Source of the DNA: Paludibacteraceae bacterium
GTDB taxonomy: Bacteria > Bacteroidota > Bacteroidia > Bacteroidales > Paludibacteraceae
Length of the DNA: 64,000 nt
Reading direction: 5' to 3'
NCBI GenBank assembly: GCA_905235505.1
Contig: CAJOMJ010000003.1
Coordinates: 104-64,103 of the forward strand
Part shown: piece after piece, positions 23,821 through 34,104 of the stretch
How positions within the stretch are numbered: position 1 is the stretch's first letter
Layout: the number at the start of each line of letters is the position of its first letter
Notes under the pieces: generated by a model
Database searches by the model: none
Told to the model about the DNA's origin: nothing
What the model saw: only the letters and a program-made list of their open reading frames with translations
Position numbers and translations under genes: made by a program

Positions 23821-25449
23821 TTGGCTGTATGTGGAATTGTGCTGGCAAATGTGCTGGCACAATTCACCGTTTTACGTATAGACCTCACTGCTGACCGCCG
23901 GTACACCCTTTCACCCGACACCAAACAACTGCTACGCAACCTGTCCGGTGACACCGAAGTTACACTCTACCTCAACGGCTCTTTCAATAGTGGATTCACC
24001 CGGCTCAGCCGCTCTGCCGTGCAACTGCTCAATGAGATGAAAGCCTATACCGATCTATCTATCTCACTCGTCAATCCTAATAAACTCTCCGACTCCGACC
24101 GGCAGGCTCTTGTAGCAAGTCTTGCACGCCACAACCTTCACCCCACTGCCATCTATGAGACTACAGGCAATGGTTCCCGCAGCGAGACTCTCGTCTATCC
24201 TTTTGCCCTCGTTCGCTATCAGGGTCGCGAGCAGTTCGTCAGCCTTCTCGAGAATCGTCGCGACCTCTCAGGTGCGGAGAACCTCAACCACTCCGCAGAG
24301 TCCCTTGAGTATAAGTTCGCACTCTGCCTGCGCACACTTCAGAACCCTGAACGTCATCGCATTCTCTTTCTCGAAGGTCAGGGTGAACTGCCCGAACAGA
24401 ATACCAAAGATGTTGAATCACTCCTCGCAGAGCACTTCGACATCTACCGTGGTGCTCTCAATTCTCACTCCGACTGTCTCAACCCTTTCAGCGCTGTCAT
24501 TGTGGCAGACCCGCAGACTCCCTTCTCCGAGGCGGACAAGTATGTGCTCGACCAGTACATTATGCAAGGCGGCTCTGTCCTCTGGCTCGTCAATGGTGTT
24601 CAGTTCTCCGAGCAAGTTCTCGAAGATGAGGGCTTTACCCCCGCTCTCGCACTCGACCTCAACCTCACCGACATGCTCTTCAGATATGGCGTCCGTATCA
24701 ACAACCACCTCCTCCAAGACCTGCAGTGTCTCTCCATACCCGTCGATGTCAGTCGTAATCCTGACCAGCCGCAGTGGCAACCTATGCCGTGGACCTATGC
24801 GCCGCTCTTACTCACCAGCAACATCTCTCCTATTACCGCCAATCTCTCACCTGTATCTGCCACTTTCTGCTCCGACCTCTCCTCTGTAGGCGATAATCCC
24901 GACTTGCAGAGCACCATACTACTTGCCTCCTCCGACCATGCCACACTCATCCCTGTACCGGGAGAAGTGGACTTGGGTGACCTCAACCATGACCCGCGGC
25001 TCTTCACACTCGCCTATCTGCCTGTGGCTGTCAGTCTTGACGGCATTTTCCCCTCTGTGTTCGAACATCGTATGATTCCTGAAAGCATTGAGCAGCATGG
25101 TGAGAAGCTTGCCCAATCCTGCCCTGCACGGCAGATAGTGGTCGCTTCCGGCTCCGTCATCAGCAACGACCTGCAGCAGGGTCAGCCTCTGCCCGCAGGC
25201 TACGACCGTTACTCACGCATTCAGTTCGCCAACCGTGACTTTATACTCAACTCTGTCCTCTGGCTCACCGACTATAGCGACCTGCTTCCCCTCCGGCAGA
25301 AAATCATACCGCTGCGACTGCTCAACAAAAACCGTCTCAATAGCGGTATCGCACTCCCTGTCTCCCTCTCGCTTATCCTTCCGCTTCTGATACTTGCACT
25401 CACCGGCATTATTGTCCAACTGGTGAGAAAACATAAATATACACTATGA
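23821..25449 (+). CDS. GldG-family (ABC-transporter auxiliary component) membrane protein
   Basis: 542 aa. N-terminal VLRIDLTADRRYTLSPDTKQLLRNLSGDTEVTLY matches the GldG/ABC_transp_aux signature, and there is a C-terminal TM helix. The start is TTG at 23821 with no in-frame ATG upstream. Confidence 0.6.
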   Translation: MAVCGIVLANVLAQFTVLRIDLTADRRYTLSPDTKQLLRNLSGDTEVTLYLNGSFNSGFTRLSRSAVQLLNEMKAYTDLSISLVNPNKLSDSDRQALVASLARHNLHPTAIYETTGNGSRSETLVYPFALVRYQGREQFVSLLENRRDLSGAENLNHSAESLEYKFALCLRTLQNPERHRILFLEGQGELPEQNTKDVESLLAEHFDIYRGALNSHSDCLNPFSAVIVADPQTPFSEADKYVLDQYIMQGGSVLWLVNGVQFSEQVLEDEGFTPALALDLNLTDMLFRYGVRINNHLLQDLQCLSIPVDVSRNPDQPQWQPMPWTYAPLLLTSNISPITANLSPVSATFCSDLSSVGDNPDLQSTILLASSDHATLIPVPGEVDLGDLNHDPRLFTLAYLPVAVSLDGIFPSVFEHRMIPESIEQHGEKLAQSCPARQIVVASGSVISNDLQQGQPLPAGYDRYSRIQFANRDFILNSVLWLTDYSDLLPLRQKIIPLRLLNKNRLNSGIALPVSLSLILPLLILALTGIIVQLVRKHKYTL

Positions 25450-27530
25450 GAAAACATACTACCATACTCGCCTGCCTCATCTTTGCCCTTCTCTCTTGCT
25501 CCTCCGAGCCTGAACTTACTCGCAAAGACTATCTCACTTTCGCTGAGCAGCTTGCCCGCTCACAGATGGTGCACAACCCCGAACTATGGCAGTCTGACTT
25601 TCAGCAGAAACCTAAGTGGGATTACACTCACGGCATCATCGCCAACTCCATGCTTGAGGTATATCTCCAGACCGGCAACGACTCCCTGCTCCGTTATGTG
25701 CAGCAGTTCGCCGACTTCTTTATCCTTCCCGACGGCAACATTAAGGTCTATGACCAATCAAAATACAATATCGACCACATAGCGGGAGGTAATTTCCTCT
25801 TTACCCTCGACCGGATATCTTCCAAACCCGAATACCGCAAGGCAATCACTCTCCTCCGTCAGCAACTCCTCTCCCAGCCCCGCACTTCGGAAGGCGGCTT
25901 CTGGCATAAGAAAGTCTATCCCAACCAAATGTGGCTCGACGGACTCTATATGGCAGAACCCTTCTATGCCCGCTACGCAACCGAATACAACCAACCCGAA
26001 CTCTTCGACGATATTGCCCTGCAGTTCCTCACCATCGACCGTCATACCTGTGACCCCCTCACAGGTCTCAACTACCATGCTTGGGACGAAAGCATTGACC
26101 AGTTATGGGCAGACCCTGAAACAGGGTGCTCTCCCAACTTCTGGTCGCGTAGCCTTGGGTGGTATGAGATGGCACTCGTTGATGTACTCGAGCTTATGCC
26201 CGAAGACCACCCGCAGCGCAACGACCTTCTCCGTATCTTTCAGCGTGTCAGCAAAGCCCTGCTCAAATACCGCGACAAAGAATCATCCATGTGGTGGCAA
26301 CTCACCGTCTTCCCCCGACTCGAAGGCAACTACCTCGAGAGCACTGCCTCTGCCATGTTCTGCTACGCTTTCGCCAAAGGGGCACGGCTCGGCTTTCTCC
26401 CTGAGGAGTATCTCACCTATGCCCGTCAGACCTTCAACGGGATGTGTCGCACAGTCATCCGTTTCAACACCGATGGCACCCTTTCTCTCACTCAATGCTG
26501 CGCCGTAGCAGGTCTCGGAGGCGTACCTTACCGTGACGGCTCATGCCAATACTATCTCTCCGAACCTGTGCGTGAGGATGACCCGAAAGGTATCGGCCCC
26601 CTCATCATGGCTACCCTCGAACTTGCCAAGTCGCAGGCTGACATCATTGTAGCACAAGACGGCTCAGGCGACTTCACTACCCTGCAAGCCGCCGTCAATG
26701 CCGTGCCTGACTACCGGAAATCGCGTACCCTCATACGTGTTAAACCCGGAGTATATCACGAGAAACTCATTATCCCGGCTTCAAAGGAGAACCTCTCTAT
26801 CATAGGCGATAATGCTGCCACTACCGTCCTCACCTTCGGTAACTACGCCAAACTTCCGAGTCCTCTCTACTCCGATGAGACACTCGGCACTTCCGGCTCT
26901 GCCACTCTCTACACCTCTGCCGACAACCTCTACGTCGAGAATCTCACCATCTGCAACTCCGCCGGCGAAGGCAAACACATCAGTCAGGCTGTCGCTGCAC
27001 ATGTCAGTGGCAGACATGTTGTCTTCCGTCGTTGCCGTTTCCTTGGTAACCAAGACACTCTCTATACCTACGAAAAAGGCAGTCTCCAGTGGTATGACCA
27101 ATGCTATATTGAAGGCACTACCGACTTCATTTTCGGCTCAAGCATTGCCGTCTTTACCGCCTGCCATATTCATAGCAAGAAAAACTCCTATGTCACCGCA
27201 GCATCTACGCCACAAGGACAATCCTCCGGCTATACCTTCCTCTACTGCGACCTTACTGCTGACCCCGATGTCACACAAGTCTATCTCGGCAGACCATGGA
27301 GACCCTATGCACAGACAGTTTTCATACACTGCCGTCTTGGCGCACACATACGACCCGAAGGCTGGCACAATTGGAATAAGCCCGATGCCGAATACAGCAC
27401 TTTTTATGCAGAGTATGGCAACACCGGCGAAGGCTCACCTACTGACATGCGTGTCAGTTGGGCACACATTTTGACAGAGAGTCAATTGACAAACTATACC
27501 CCGTGGAATCTGCTCCACCCCGACAAATAA
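25446..27530 (+). CDS. Fusion protein: GH105/GH88-type unsaturated rhamnogalacturonyl hydrolase (N-terminal) plus CE8 pectin methylesterase (C-terminal)
   Basis: 694 aa with lipobox LLSCSS. The YteR-like part contains WDYTHG and GLNYHAWDE. The CE8 part contains IVAQDGSGDFTTLQAAV, GNQDTLY, DFIFG and LGRPWRPYA. Its ATG overlaps the gldG-like stop (ATGA). Confidence 0.8.
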   Translation: MRKHTTILACLIFALLSCSSEPELTRKDYLTFAEQLARSQMVHNPELWQSDFQQKPKWDYTHGIIANSMLEVYLQTGNDSLLRYVQQFADFFILPDGNIKVYDQSKYNIDHIAGGNFLFTLDRISSKPEYRKAITLLRQQLLSQPRTSEGGFWHKKVYPNQMWLDGLYMAEPFYARYATEYNQPELFDDIALQFLTIDRHTCDPLTGLNYHAWDESIDQLWADPETGCSPNFWSRSLGWYEMALVDVLELMPEDHPQRNDLLRIFQRVSKALLKYRDKESSMWWQLTVFPRLEGNYLESTASAMFCYAFAKGARLGFLPEEYLTYARQTFNGMCRTVIRFNTDGTLSLTQCCAVAGLGGVPYRDGSCQYYLSEPVREDDPKGIGPLIMATLELAKSQADIIVAQDGSGDFTTLQAAVNAVPDYRKSRTLIRVKPGVYHEKLIIPASKENLSIIGDNAATTVLTFGNYAKLPSPLYSDETLGTSGSATLYTSADNLYVENLTICNSAGEGKHISQAVAAHVSGRHVVFRRCRFLGNQDTLYTYEKGSLQWYDQCYIEGTTDFIFGSSIAVFTACHIHSKKNSYVTAASTPQGQSSGYTFLYCDLTADPDVTQVYLGRPWRPYAQTVFIHCRLGAHIRPEGWHNWNKPDAEYSTFYAEYGNTGEGSPTDMRVSWAHILTESQLTNYTPWNLLHPDK

Positions 27531-27597
27531 GAATATACATTAACTTACCATATATCTCTTAACCTGACCACATAACACTAAAACAGGAGGCAACATA

Positions 27598-29364
27598 ATG
27601 AAAAAAACTCTACTCATATCGCTCATCTTACTCTGCGCCGTCACCGTCAATGCGCAACCACTGCCTTACCCCACCGACACCATAAAGGGTAAAATCTTCT
27701 ATCGCTACCCCGTGCAGAAAGGTGAGGGTCTGTATCGTATAAGCAAGAACTTCTCCGTCTCGCAGGAAGACATCGTCAAGTATAACCCCGAACTGCAGAA
27801 CTCCGGACTCAAACTCGGACAGACTATTCTCATTCCAGCCGTTCTGCCCGTTGACTCCTCTCAGTATGTCGTTCATGAGTTGCAACCCAAAGAGACTCTC
27901 TATGGCATCTCACGGCTCTATGGGGTAAAGATAGCGCAGATACAGGAACTTAATCCCGAAACCTCTAAAACTATGCGTATCGGCGAACGCCTTCTCATAC
28001 CCAAAACCGACAAGGCAGAAACCGCAGCACAGCAAATCACCTCCCCTACTCAGGCAGACCAGTCCGCAACATCTCAACAGAATACCCTGAAGGATACCTC
28101 TGCCTCAGTTAAAGATGCGAAAACCGACATAGAGAATACCGCCGTTTATGTTGCTGCACCCGACTCTGCCGCTCAGCAACAAGTCCTGCAACACATAAAA
28201 CAACTTGTCGAAGAGTCTTTCGCAGCGAAAGATTCCACTAAGAAAGACTCACTCACGCTTGAGCATAACCTCACCCTGCCTGCCGACACACTCTCTGCCG
28301 ACTCTTTGCTCGCTCTGTCCGACTCTGTCTATACCGATACCATCAAGCTGCCCGCACCCCTTAAAATCGCTGTCTTCCTTCCACTGATGACAAATGCACC
28401 CAAGCGCGATGCCTCTGTAGAACGGTTCATGGAGTTCTACGAAGGACTCCTCTTGGCTGTCAACCGCCAACAGGCGGAAGAACAACATTTCCTCATCCGC
28501 ACCTACGACACCGACAAGACGGAATCACGCATCCTCTCCATACTCGCAGACTCTGCCCTCCAAGATGTTGACCTTATCATCGGACCTGCCTACCCTGCAC
28601 AGGTTTCTCTCGTATCCGAATTCTCCAAGCAATACAACATACCCATGATTGTGCCCTTCACCTCAAGGATAACTGATATCTACTCCAACCCGTGGCTTCT
28701 GCAGTTCAACCCTACCGAACAGATAGAGGCACAATCTGTCGCCACCCGCCTCAAACAATACGAAGACGACATCCGCTGTATTGCTTTCAACGACGACAAC
28801 CTGCCCCTCTCTGACAAATCCAAGGCCCTGCGTGAGGAAATAAGGCAACAGGACATCAGTCTCAACACTGCCCCTGTCAACCTCCTGCTCACCGACTCCG
28901 CCTCATATCTCTTTGATAGCGACCGGCTCAATGTCGTTCTCCTTCAGTCCGACAAGTACAGCGTTGTGCAGAATGCTATCAGTCATCTTGAGCGCCTGCA
29001 AGGCAGATATCGTATCTGTCTTGTCTCCGAATACGCTTGGCAGAAAGAGAAGATTGCTCTCAAACAACTCTACACTGACCTCTTCGATGAAGGCAAACTG
29101 CTCTCAGGAGAGAATCTCTACTACAAGATGACACGCAAAATCTATTTCCCCGAAGCCCCCAAAAACGACTCACCGCGATACGACCTTCTTGGCTACGACC
29201 TCATGACTTGGGCTGCCAATATGCTCGCCCAAACACCTGAGTCGCTACCCGAAAAAATCGCTGCCACAGGCGAATATGTAGGACTTCAGTCTGCACTGCG
29301 CTTTGAAAAGGTAAGCGAAGAAGGCGGTTGGATGAACTATGGAATCAAAGTAATCGGACTATAG
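27598..29364 (+). CDS. Protein with two LysM domains and a type-1 periplasmic-binding-protein-like C-terminal domain
   Basis: 588 aa with a signal peptide. The two LysM units are YRISKNFSVSQEDIVKYNPEL..GQTILIP and YGISRLYGVKIAQIQELNPET..GERLLIP. Confidence 0.65.
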   Translation: MKKTLLISLILLCAVTVNAQPLPYPTDTIKGKIFYRYPVQKGEGLYRISKNFSVSQEDIVKYNPELQNSGLKLGQTILIPAVLPVDSSQYVVHELQPKETLYGISRLYGVKIAQIQELNPETSKTMRIGERLLIPKTDKAETAAQQITSPTQADQSATSQQNTLKDTSASVKDAKTDIENTAVYVAAPDSAAQQQVLQHIKQLVEESFAAKDSTKKDSLTLEHNLTLPADTLSADSLLALSDSVYTDTIKLPAPLKIAVFLPLMTNAPKRDASVERFMEFYEGLLLAVNRQQAEEQHFLIRTYDTDKTESRILSILADSALQDVDLIIGPAYPAQVSLVSEFSKQYNIPMIVPFTSRITDIYSNPWLLQFNPTEQIEAQSVATRLKQYEDDIRCIAFNDDNLPLSDKSKALREEIRQQDISLNTAPVNLLLTDSASYLFDSDRLNVVLLQSDKYSVVQNAISHLERLQGRYRICLVSEYAWQKEKIALKQLYTDLFDEGKLLSGENLYYKMTRKIYFPEAPKNDSPRYDLLGYDLMTWAANMLAQTPESLPEKIAATGEYVGLQSALRFEKVSEEGGWMNYGIKVIGL

Positions 29365-29436
29365 CGCACCTGCAGCAAACCCGCAGCATAAAGACAACCG
29401 GCAAAATAATACCCTTGTAATACCACTTCCGCATCT

Positions 29437-30072
29437 ATGAGACGATTCTTGCATATCTCTTTCATATTGCTTCTCTCGGTTTCCGCCCTCTCTGCCCAAC
29501 CGCGTCTTGTTACACCCGAATACTATTTCGGTGTACAAGGCGGAGTCATGGCTTCTATGATGCACTTCTCACCCTCTATATCCCAGTCTGCCAAGCATCC
29601 GCATTTAGGTGGCAATGCAGGGTTCGTCTTCCGGTATGCAGGTCACAAATACTGCGCCTTGCAACTCGAACTCAACTGGATGGAGCGCGGTTGGTATGAA
29701 ACAGACATAGACTACGACCGCACCCAGCATTACATAGAAATACCCATGCTCTTCCACTTGTACTTCGGCAGACAAGTGCGCGGGTTTCTCAACCTCGGTC
29801 CGCAGATAGGCTGGTGCGTCGCCGAGTATGACAATGGCAATGCACCGGCAGAAGAGCACCAGTATCTCAAATTGGACAAACCTTTCGACTGGGGAGTGGC
29901 AGGCGGACTCGGATTATACGGCAGAACAGTGGCGGGCACTTGGCAACTCGAAGCACGTTTCAACTATAGCCTTGGTGATATCTACAAGAACAGCAAAGCC
30001 GACTGGTTCTCACGCTCCGCACCTATGAATCTCAGTCTCAACCTTGCCTGGCTGTGGGAATTCAAAAAATAG
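29437..30072 (+). CDS. Outer-membrane beta-barrel protein (PorT/OMP_b-brl_2-like)
   Basis: 211 aa with a signal peptide, alternating-hydrophobicity strands and an aromatic C-terminus (LAWLWEFKK). Confidence 0.55.
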   Translation: MRRFLHISFILLLSVSALSAQPRLVTPEYYFGVQGGVMASMMHFSPSISQSAKHPHLGGNAGFVFRYAGHKYCALQLELNWMERGWYETDIDYDRTQHYIEIPMLFHLYFGRQVRGFLNLGPQIGWCVAEYDNGNAPAEEHQYLKLDKPFDWGVAGGLGLYGRTVAGTWQLEARFNYSLGDIYKNSKADWFSRSAPMNLSLNLAWLWEFKK

Positions 30073-30105
30073 ATATTCTTGCAAACTAACAATAAACTAT
30101 AATAC

Positions 30106-30951
30106 ATGAAAACAAACTACTGCATACGCTATGCTGCGCACCCTGAAGATGCCAAGCATTACGACACACAGCGTCTCCGACGCGATTTCCTCATTGAGCA
30201 AGTATTTACTGCCGACGAAGTCAACATGGTCTATTCCATGTACGACCGTATGATAGTCGGCGGTGCAATGCCCGTCAGCGAACTGCTTCCCCTCGAGGCA
30301 ATCGACCCGCTAAAAGCACCATTCTTCCTTACACGCCGTGAAATGGGAATCTACAACGTTGGCGAAGGCGAAGGTATCGTTACCGTTGACGACAAGCAGT
30401 TCTCCCTCAACTTCAAAGAAGCACTCTATCTCGGCCGCGGTGACCGACAGGTTACTTTCCAGAGTGTTGACCCGCAGCACCCCGCCAAGTTCTATTTCCT
30501 CTCTGCCACTGCTCACACCGCATACCCTGACAAAAAAGTAACCAAGCAGGACGCTGTAGTGGCTCACATGGGTAGTCTTGAGATGTCCAACGAGCGCAAC
30601 ATCAATAAGATGCTCGTCAACCAGGTACTCCCCACATGCCAACTGCAAATGGGTATGACCGAACTCGCCACAGGCTCAGTCTGGAACACTATGCCCGCAC
30701 ATGTACACTCTCGCCGTATGGAGGCTTATTTCTACTTCGATATCCCCGAAGACCAGGCTATATGCCACTTCATGGGCGAAGTCAATGAGACACGCCATAT
30801 ATGGATGCGTGGCGACCAGGCCGTTCTCTCACCGGAATGGTCTATCCACTCCGCCGCTGCCACACACAACTATACCTTCATCTGGGGTATGGCAGGAGAG
30901 AACCTTGACTATGGCGACCAGGATTTCTCACTCATCACTGACCTCAAATAA
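30106..30951 (+). CDS. kduI: 5-dehydro-4-deoxy-D-glucuronate isomerase
   Basis: 281 aa, with KduI-like sequence over the full length and metal-site histidines in the PAHVHSRRMEAYFYF region. kduD follows. Confidence 0.85.
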   Translation: MKTNYCIRYAAHPEDAKHYDTQRLRRDFLIEQVFTADEVNMVYSMYDRMIVGGAMPVSELLPLEAIDPLKAPFFLTRREMGIYNVGEGEGIVTVDDKQFSLNFKEALYLGRGDRQVTFQSVDPQHPAKFYFLSATAHTAYPDKKVTKQDAVVAHMGSLEMSNERNINKMLVNQVLPTCQLQMGMTELATGSVWNTMPAHVHSRRMEAYFYFDIPEDQAICHFMGEVNETRHIWMRGDQAVLSPEWSIHSAAATHNYTFIWGMAGENLDYGDQDFSLITDLK

Positions 30952-30964
30952 ACACTCTCACAAC

Positions 30965-31759
30965 ATGAACAACGAATTTTCACTGTCTGGCAAGGTCGCA
31001 CTCGTTACCGGTGCTGCCTACGGAATCGGCTTCGCCATTGCTGAAGCACTCGCTGCTGCCGGAGCAAAGATATGCTTCAACTGCCGCGGAGAGAAACACA
31101 TGCAAGACGCCCTCAAAGCATACAAAGACAAGGGTATCGACGTACACGGCTACTTCTGCGACGTAACCAAAGAAGATGAAGTGCAGAACATGGTCAGGCA
31201 GATAGAGCAGGAGGTCGGAGTAATCGACATACTCGTTAACAATGCAGGCATCATCAAGCGCATACCTATGACAGAAATGTCTGTCGAAGATTTCCGACAG
31301 GTTATAGATATCGACCTCACCGCTGCCTTCATAGTGTCAAAAGCAGTCATCCCTGGCATGATTCAGAAAGGGCATGGCAAGATTATCAATATATGCTCTA
31401 TGATGTCCGAACTCGGCAGAGAGACCGTCAGCGCCTATGCTGCAGCAAAGGGAGGGCTCAAGATGCTCACCCGTAACATCTGCTCCGAATATGGTGCCTT
31501 CAATATTCAGTGCAATGGTATCGGACCCGGCTATATTGCCACCCCGCAGACCGCCCCTCTTCGCCAACCGCAACCCGACGGTAGCCGTCACCCCTTCGAC
31601 TCCTTTATATGCGCCAAGACACCCGCAGGACGGTGGGGCACTCCCGAAGACCTCATGGGACCCGCTGTCTTCCTCGCCTCCGACGCCTCCGACTTCGTCA
31701 ACGGACAGATACTCTATGTTGATGGTGGCATTCTCGCATACATCGGCAAACAACCCTAA
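30965..31759 (+). CDS. kduD: 2-dehydro-3-deoxy-D-gluconate 5-dehydrogenase / gluconate 5-dehydrogenase (SDR)
   Basis: 264 aa counted from the ATG at 30965 (MNNEFSLSGKVALVTGAAYGIGFAIA). Contains the SDR YAAAKGG catalytic motif. The longer tracked ORF from 30701 overlaps kduI and is rejected. Confidence 0.8.
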   Translation: MNNEFSLSGKVALVTGAAYGIGFAIAEALAAAGAKICFNCRGEKHMQDALKAYKDKGIDVHGYFCDVTKEDEVQNMVRQIEQEVGVIDILVNNAGIIKRIPMTEMSVEDFRQVIDIDLTAAFIVSKAVIPGMIQKGHGKIINICSMMSELGRETVSAYAAAKGGLKMLTRNICSEYGAFNIQCNGIGPGYIATPQTAPLRQPQPDGSRHPFDSFICAKTPAGRWGTPEDLMGPAVFLASDASDFVNGQILYVDGGILAYIGKQP

Positions 31760-31776
31760 TCTCAATTCACGACATC

Positions 31777-32883
31777 ATGAAAAAGACTATTCTCTTTCTG
31801 CCTCTGCTGCTATTCATAGGTTGCACCAAACCCCTCACTCTTACTGTTACTAACCCCTCATTGCTTGAGCGCAACAGCACCATCGCCGAAGTCTCTCTTC
31901 AAGACCTCGGACTTTCCACCGAACAACTGCAAAACAAGGTTCTGATTGACGACAATGGCAGGAAACTGCCTTACCAGATAATGTACTATGGCTCGCAAGA
32001 GGCTCAGTCTGTCATCTTCCTTGTGGACAACATACGTGGTGGCATGCAGCGCATCTATACCCTCCGTAATGGCAAACCGCTGCCCGTACCACAAGTATGT
32101 ACTGCGCAGTTCGTACCCGAACGCAAAGACGACTTCGCATGGGAGAACGACCTTGCCGCATATCGTATGTACGGACCCGCACTTGCACCCGAAAACCCGA
32201 GCAACGGTGTTGACCTCTGGCTGAAATGTACTGATAAACCCATAGTAGTTCAGTTCTACGATGATGACCTTCACAACGGCAAACCCTACCATATCAACCA
32301 TGGCGAAGGACTCGACTGCTACAAAGTAGGGCATACGCTCGGGTGCGGTGGCATAGCACCTTATATCAACGACAAACTCTCTGTTCTCGACCACTATACC
32401 TCTTACCAAATCATAGTGGCAGGCGGTCTGCGCTCCGTTTTCTGTCTTACCTACCCTACCCACACTCTCACTATCACATGTGATGCAGGTTCCCAACTCA
32501 ACAAAGCAGTAGTGGAAGTCAAAAACAATATTGAACTACCGACTTGGGCGGCAGGTATCTGTCTGCACGACAAGATAGACAATGTCAGTTTCTCCGAGCA
32601 AGCCGGTTGGGCTGCATACGCCGAAGATGCCGTCAGTGACGCCGGCGAACCGCAAGGGCGCAACTTCTGCGCTGTTTATGTTCCGGATGCCAAACAGATT
32701 AAAGTCGAAGCGGGTCATCTGCTCGTAATTACCGACACCATAACCGACGGCACTCTCACCTACTGGTTCGGAGGCGGCTGGAGCCAATGGCACTATTCCA
32801 CCGACGCTGCATGGTTCTCCGCCACGGCTAACACCGCACACAATGCCCTCCTACCCCTACAGATAAAAGTGACAAACAGATAA
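31777..32883 (+). CDS. DUF4861-like lipoprotein commonly linked to kduI/kduD
   Basis: 368 aa with lipobox FIGCT. The segment DDFAWENDLAAYRMYGPAL resembles DUF4861 as I recall it. It sits in a pectin/uronate gene context. Confidence 0.5.
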   Translation: MKKTILFLPLLLFIGCTKPLTLTVTNPSLLERNSTIAEVSLQDLGLSTEQLQNKVLIDDNGRKLPYQIMYYGSQEAQSVIFLVDNIRGGMQRIYTLRNGKPLPVPQVCTAQFVPERKDDFAWENDLAAYRMYGPALAPENPSNGVDLWLKCTDKPIVVQFYDDDLHNGKPYHINHGEGLDCYKVGHTLGCGGIAPYINDKLSVLDHYTSYQIIVAGGLRSVFCLTYPTHTLTITCDAGSQLNKAVVEVKNNIELPTWAAGICLHDKIDNVSFSEQAGWAAYAEDAVSDAGEPQGRNFCAVYVPDAKQIKVEAGHLLVITDTITDGTLTYWFGGGWSQWHYSTDAAWFSATANTAHNALLPLQIKVTNR

Positions 32884-32904
32884 AACTGACAAAGTAAAAT
32901 TAAC

Positions 32905-32930
32905 GTAGAGACGTGACATTATCACGTCTC
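32905..32930 (+). repeat. REP-like GTAG-footed palindrome between convergent genes
   Basis: gtagagacgtgacattatcacgtctc. Confidence 0.8.
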
Positions 32931-32939
32931 CATGTATTT

Positions 32940-33995
32940 CTATCCCCTCATCTTATTGAACATCAGTGCAAATGCGAAAAGGGGGTTGTAGTACTTCCTC
33001 ACCGAATAGTATGTTGTCGGAACCGAGCCGAATTGCTTGTAGTGGTCTCTTACTCCGCGAATCATACTGCCTTCAAAGTCGAACTGCAGGTTCTTAAGTC
33101 TTGCTATCTTCAATGACTCCCACACTAATAAGGTGCCTGCTCCGGAATCTTTGTATTTGGGGGTATAGCAAGGTATAAGGTAATACATTCTGTTCTTATC
33201 CCATACAAGAAAAGCGGCAGCGGCAGTATCGCCGTCCAATGTGTTTATTCGCAATATACAGCATTGCCCCAATCGTTCTGCCTTCTTGTATAGCACCATG
33301 AAGAACTCTCTTGTGTAGGTTATCTTCTTACCCTGCTCCAATAGACATGCCGAGTGAAAACGGTAGAAGTCTTCTGCCGGCATCTCTGTGTCTGCCGACA
33401 ATGTAAGTGCCTTCTGCAGTTGGCGCTTCTTGTTCTTGGAGAAGCCCTTCATAACCTTGTCTAAGTCACTCAGGTCATCCAACCTGTATGTCACTCTCTT
33501 CTTCACTGTGAATCTCTTTGTTCTCAACAAATCAGGTATGGGCGACGCTACGGGGAACTGCTGATAGTAGTACCATAATTTCTTTGCACGAAGTCGTTGT
33601 GCCGCCTCGTCTGCCAAACGCTGCAACAGTTCCTGGTCTTCGAGCCTGTTTTCATCTATCCACATACCGCCTATCTGTGTCTGCTGCGGCATCAGTATGT
33701 ATTTCATTCCCATACGTTTGCGAAACAGATAAGGCATTGCCGCAACAATAACCTGCTCTTCCGGCTTAACCTCATCCTCACCGGTAGCTACTGCCTCTGC
33801 AGACTTTTGCACACCCTCACTGGTTTCTTCCTCCCCGCCTGCAACCGCATTGTCCGTACTCTCCGCAGTGTCGTAAAACAGCATCACATCCCATTCCTTG
33901 CCGGCGCATACAGCGTCAAGCCACCATGGTTGCATGAACACCGGCATATTCTCCTGCTTCTTGCACCACTCTCTGTATAATTCTTTGTCAGTCAT
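32940..33995 (-). CDS. FemAB/GNAT-like acyltransferase-fold protein (Acetyltransf_6-like)
   Basis: 351 aa from the ATG at 33995 (MTDKELYREW). Contains PWWLDAVC and a C-terminal YLIPCYTPKYKDSGAGTLLVWE segment. The -7 box at 34028-34035 excludes the longer ORF start at 34070. Confidence 0.5.
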   Translation of the reverse strand: MTDKELYREWCKKQENMPVFMQPWWLDAVCAGKEWDVMLFYDTAESTDNAVAGGEEETSEGVQKSAEAVATGEDEVKPEEQVIVAAMPYLFRKRMGMKYILMPQQTQIGGMWIDENRLEDQELLQRLADEAAQRLRAKKLWYYYQQFPVASPIPDLLRTKRFTVKKRVTYRLDDLSDLDKVMKGFSKNKKRQLQKALTLSADTEMPAEDFYRFHSACLLEQGKKITYTREFFMVLYKKAERLGQCCILRINTLDGDTAAAAFLVWDKNRMYYLIPCYTPKYKDSGAGTLLVWESLKIARLKNLQFDFEGSMIRGVRDHYKQFGSVPTTYYSVRKYYNPLFAFALMFNKMRG

Positions 33996-34027
33996 AGCAC
34001 TTAATTTATTTATTATCCATCCGACCG

Positions 34028-34035
34028 CAAAAGTA
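34028..34035 (-). promoter_or_regulatory. -7 box (TActTTTG on the minus strand) for the FemAB/GNAT-like gene
   Basis: The plus strand reads caaaagta, 33 nt upstream of the ATG at 33995. Confidence 0.55.
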
Positions 34036-34104
34036 CATCTTATTATTTGAATATGCAAGCATAATCTCAATTTGATGATACGATTATCCGAAATCTTAAT
34101 TCAT

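Noticed and set aside
30701-31759. A 352-aa ORF extending kduD upstream across the end of kduI
   Set aside because: The first 88 codons overlap kduI in another frame and have no SDR similarity. The ATG at 30965 gives the canonical SDR N-terminus (GKVALVTGAAYGIG) 14 nt after the kduI stop.
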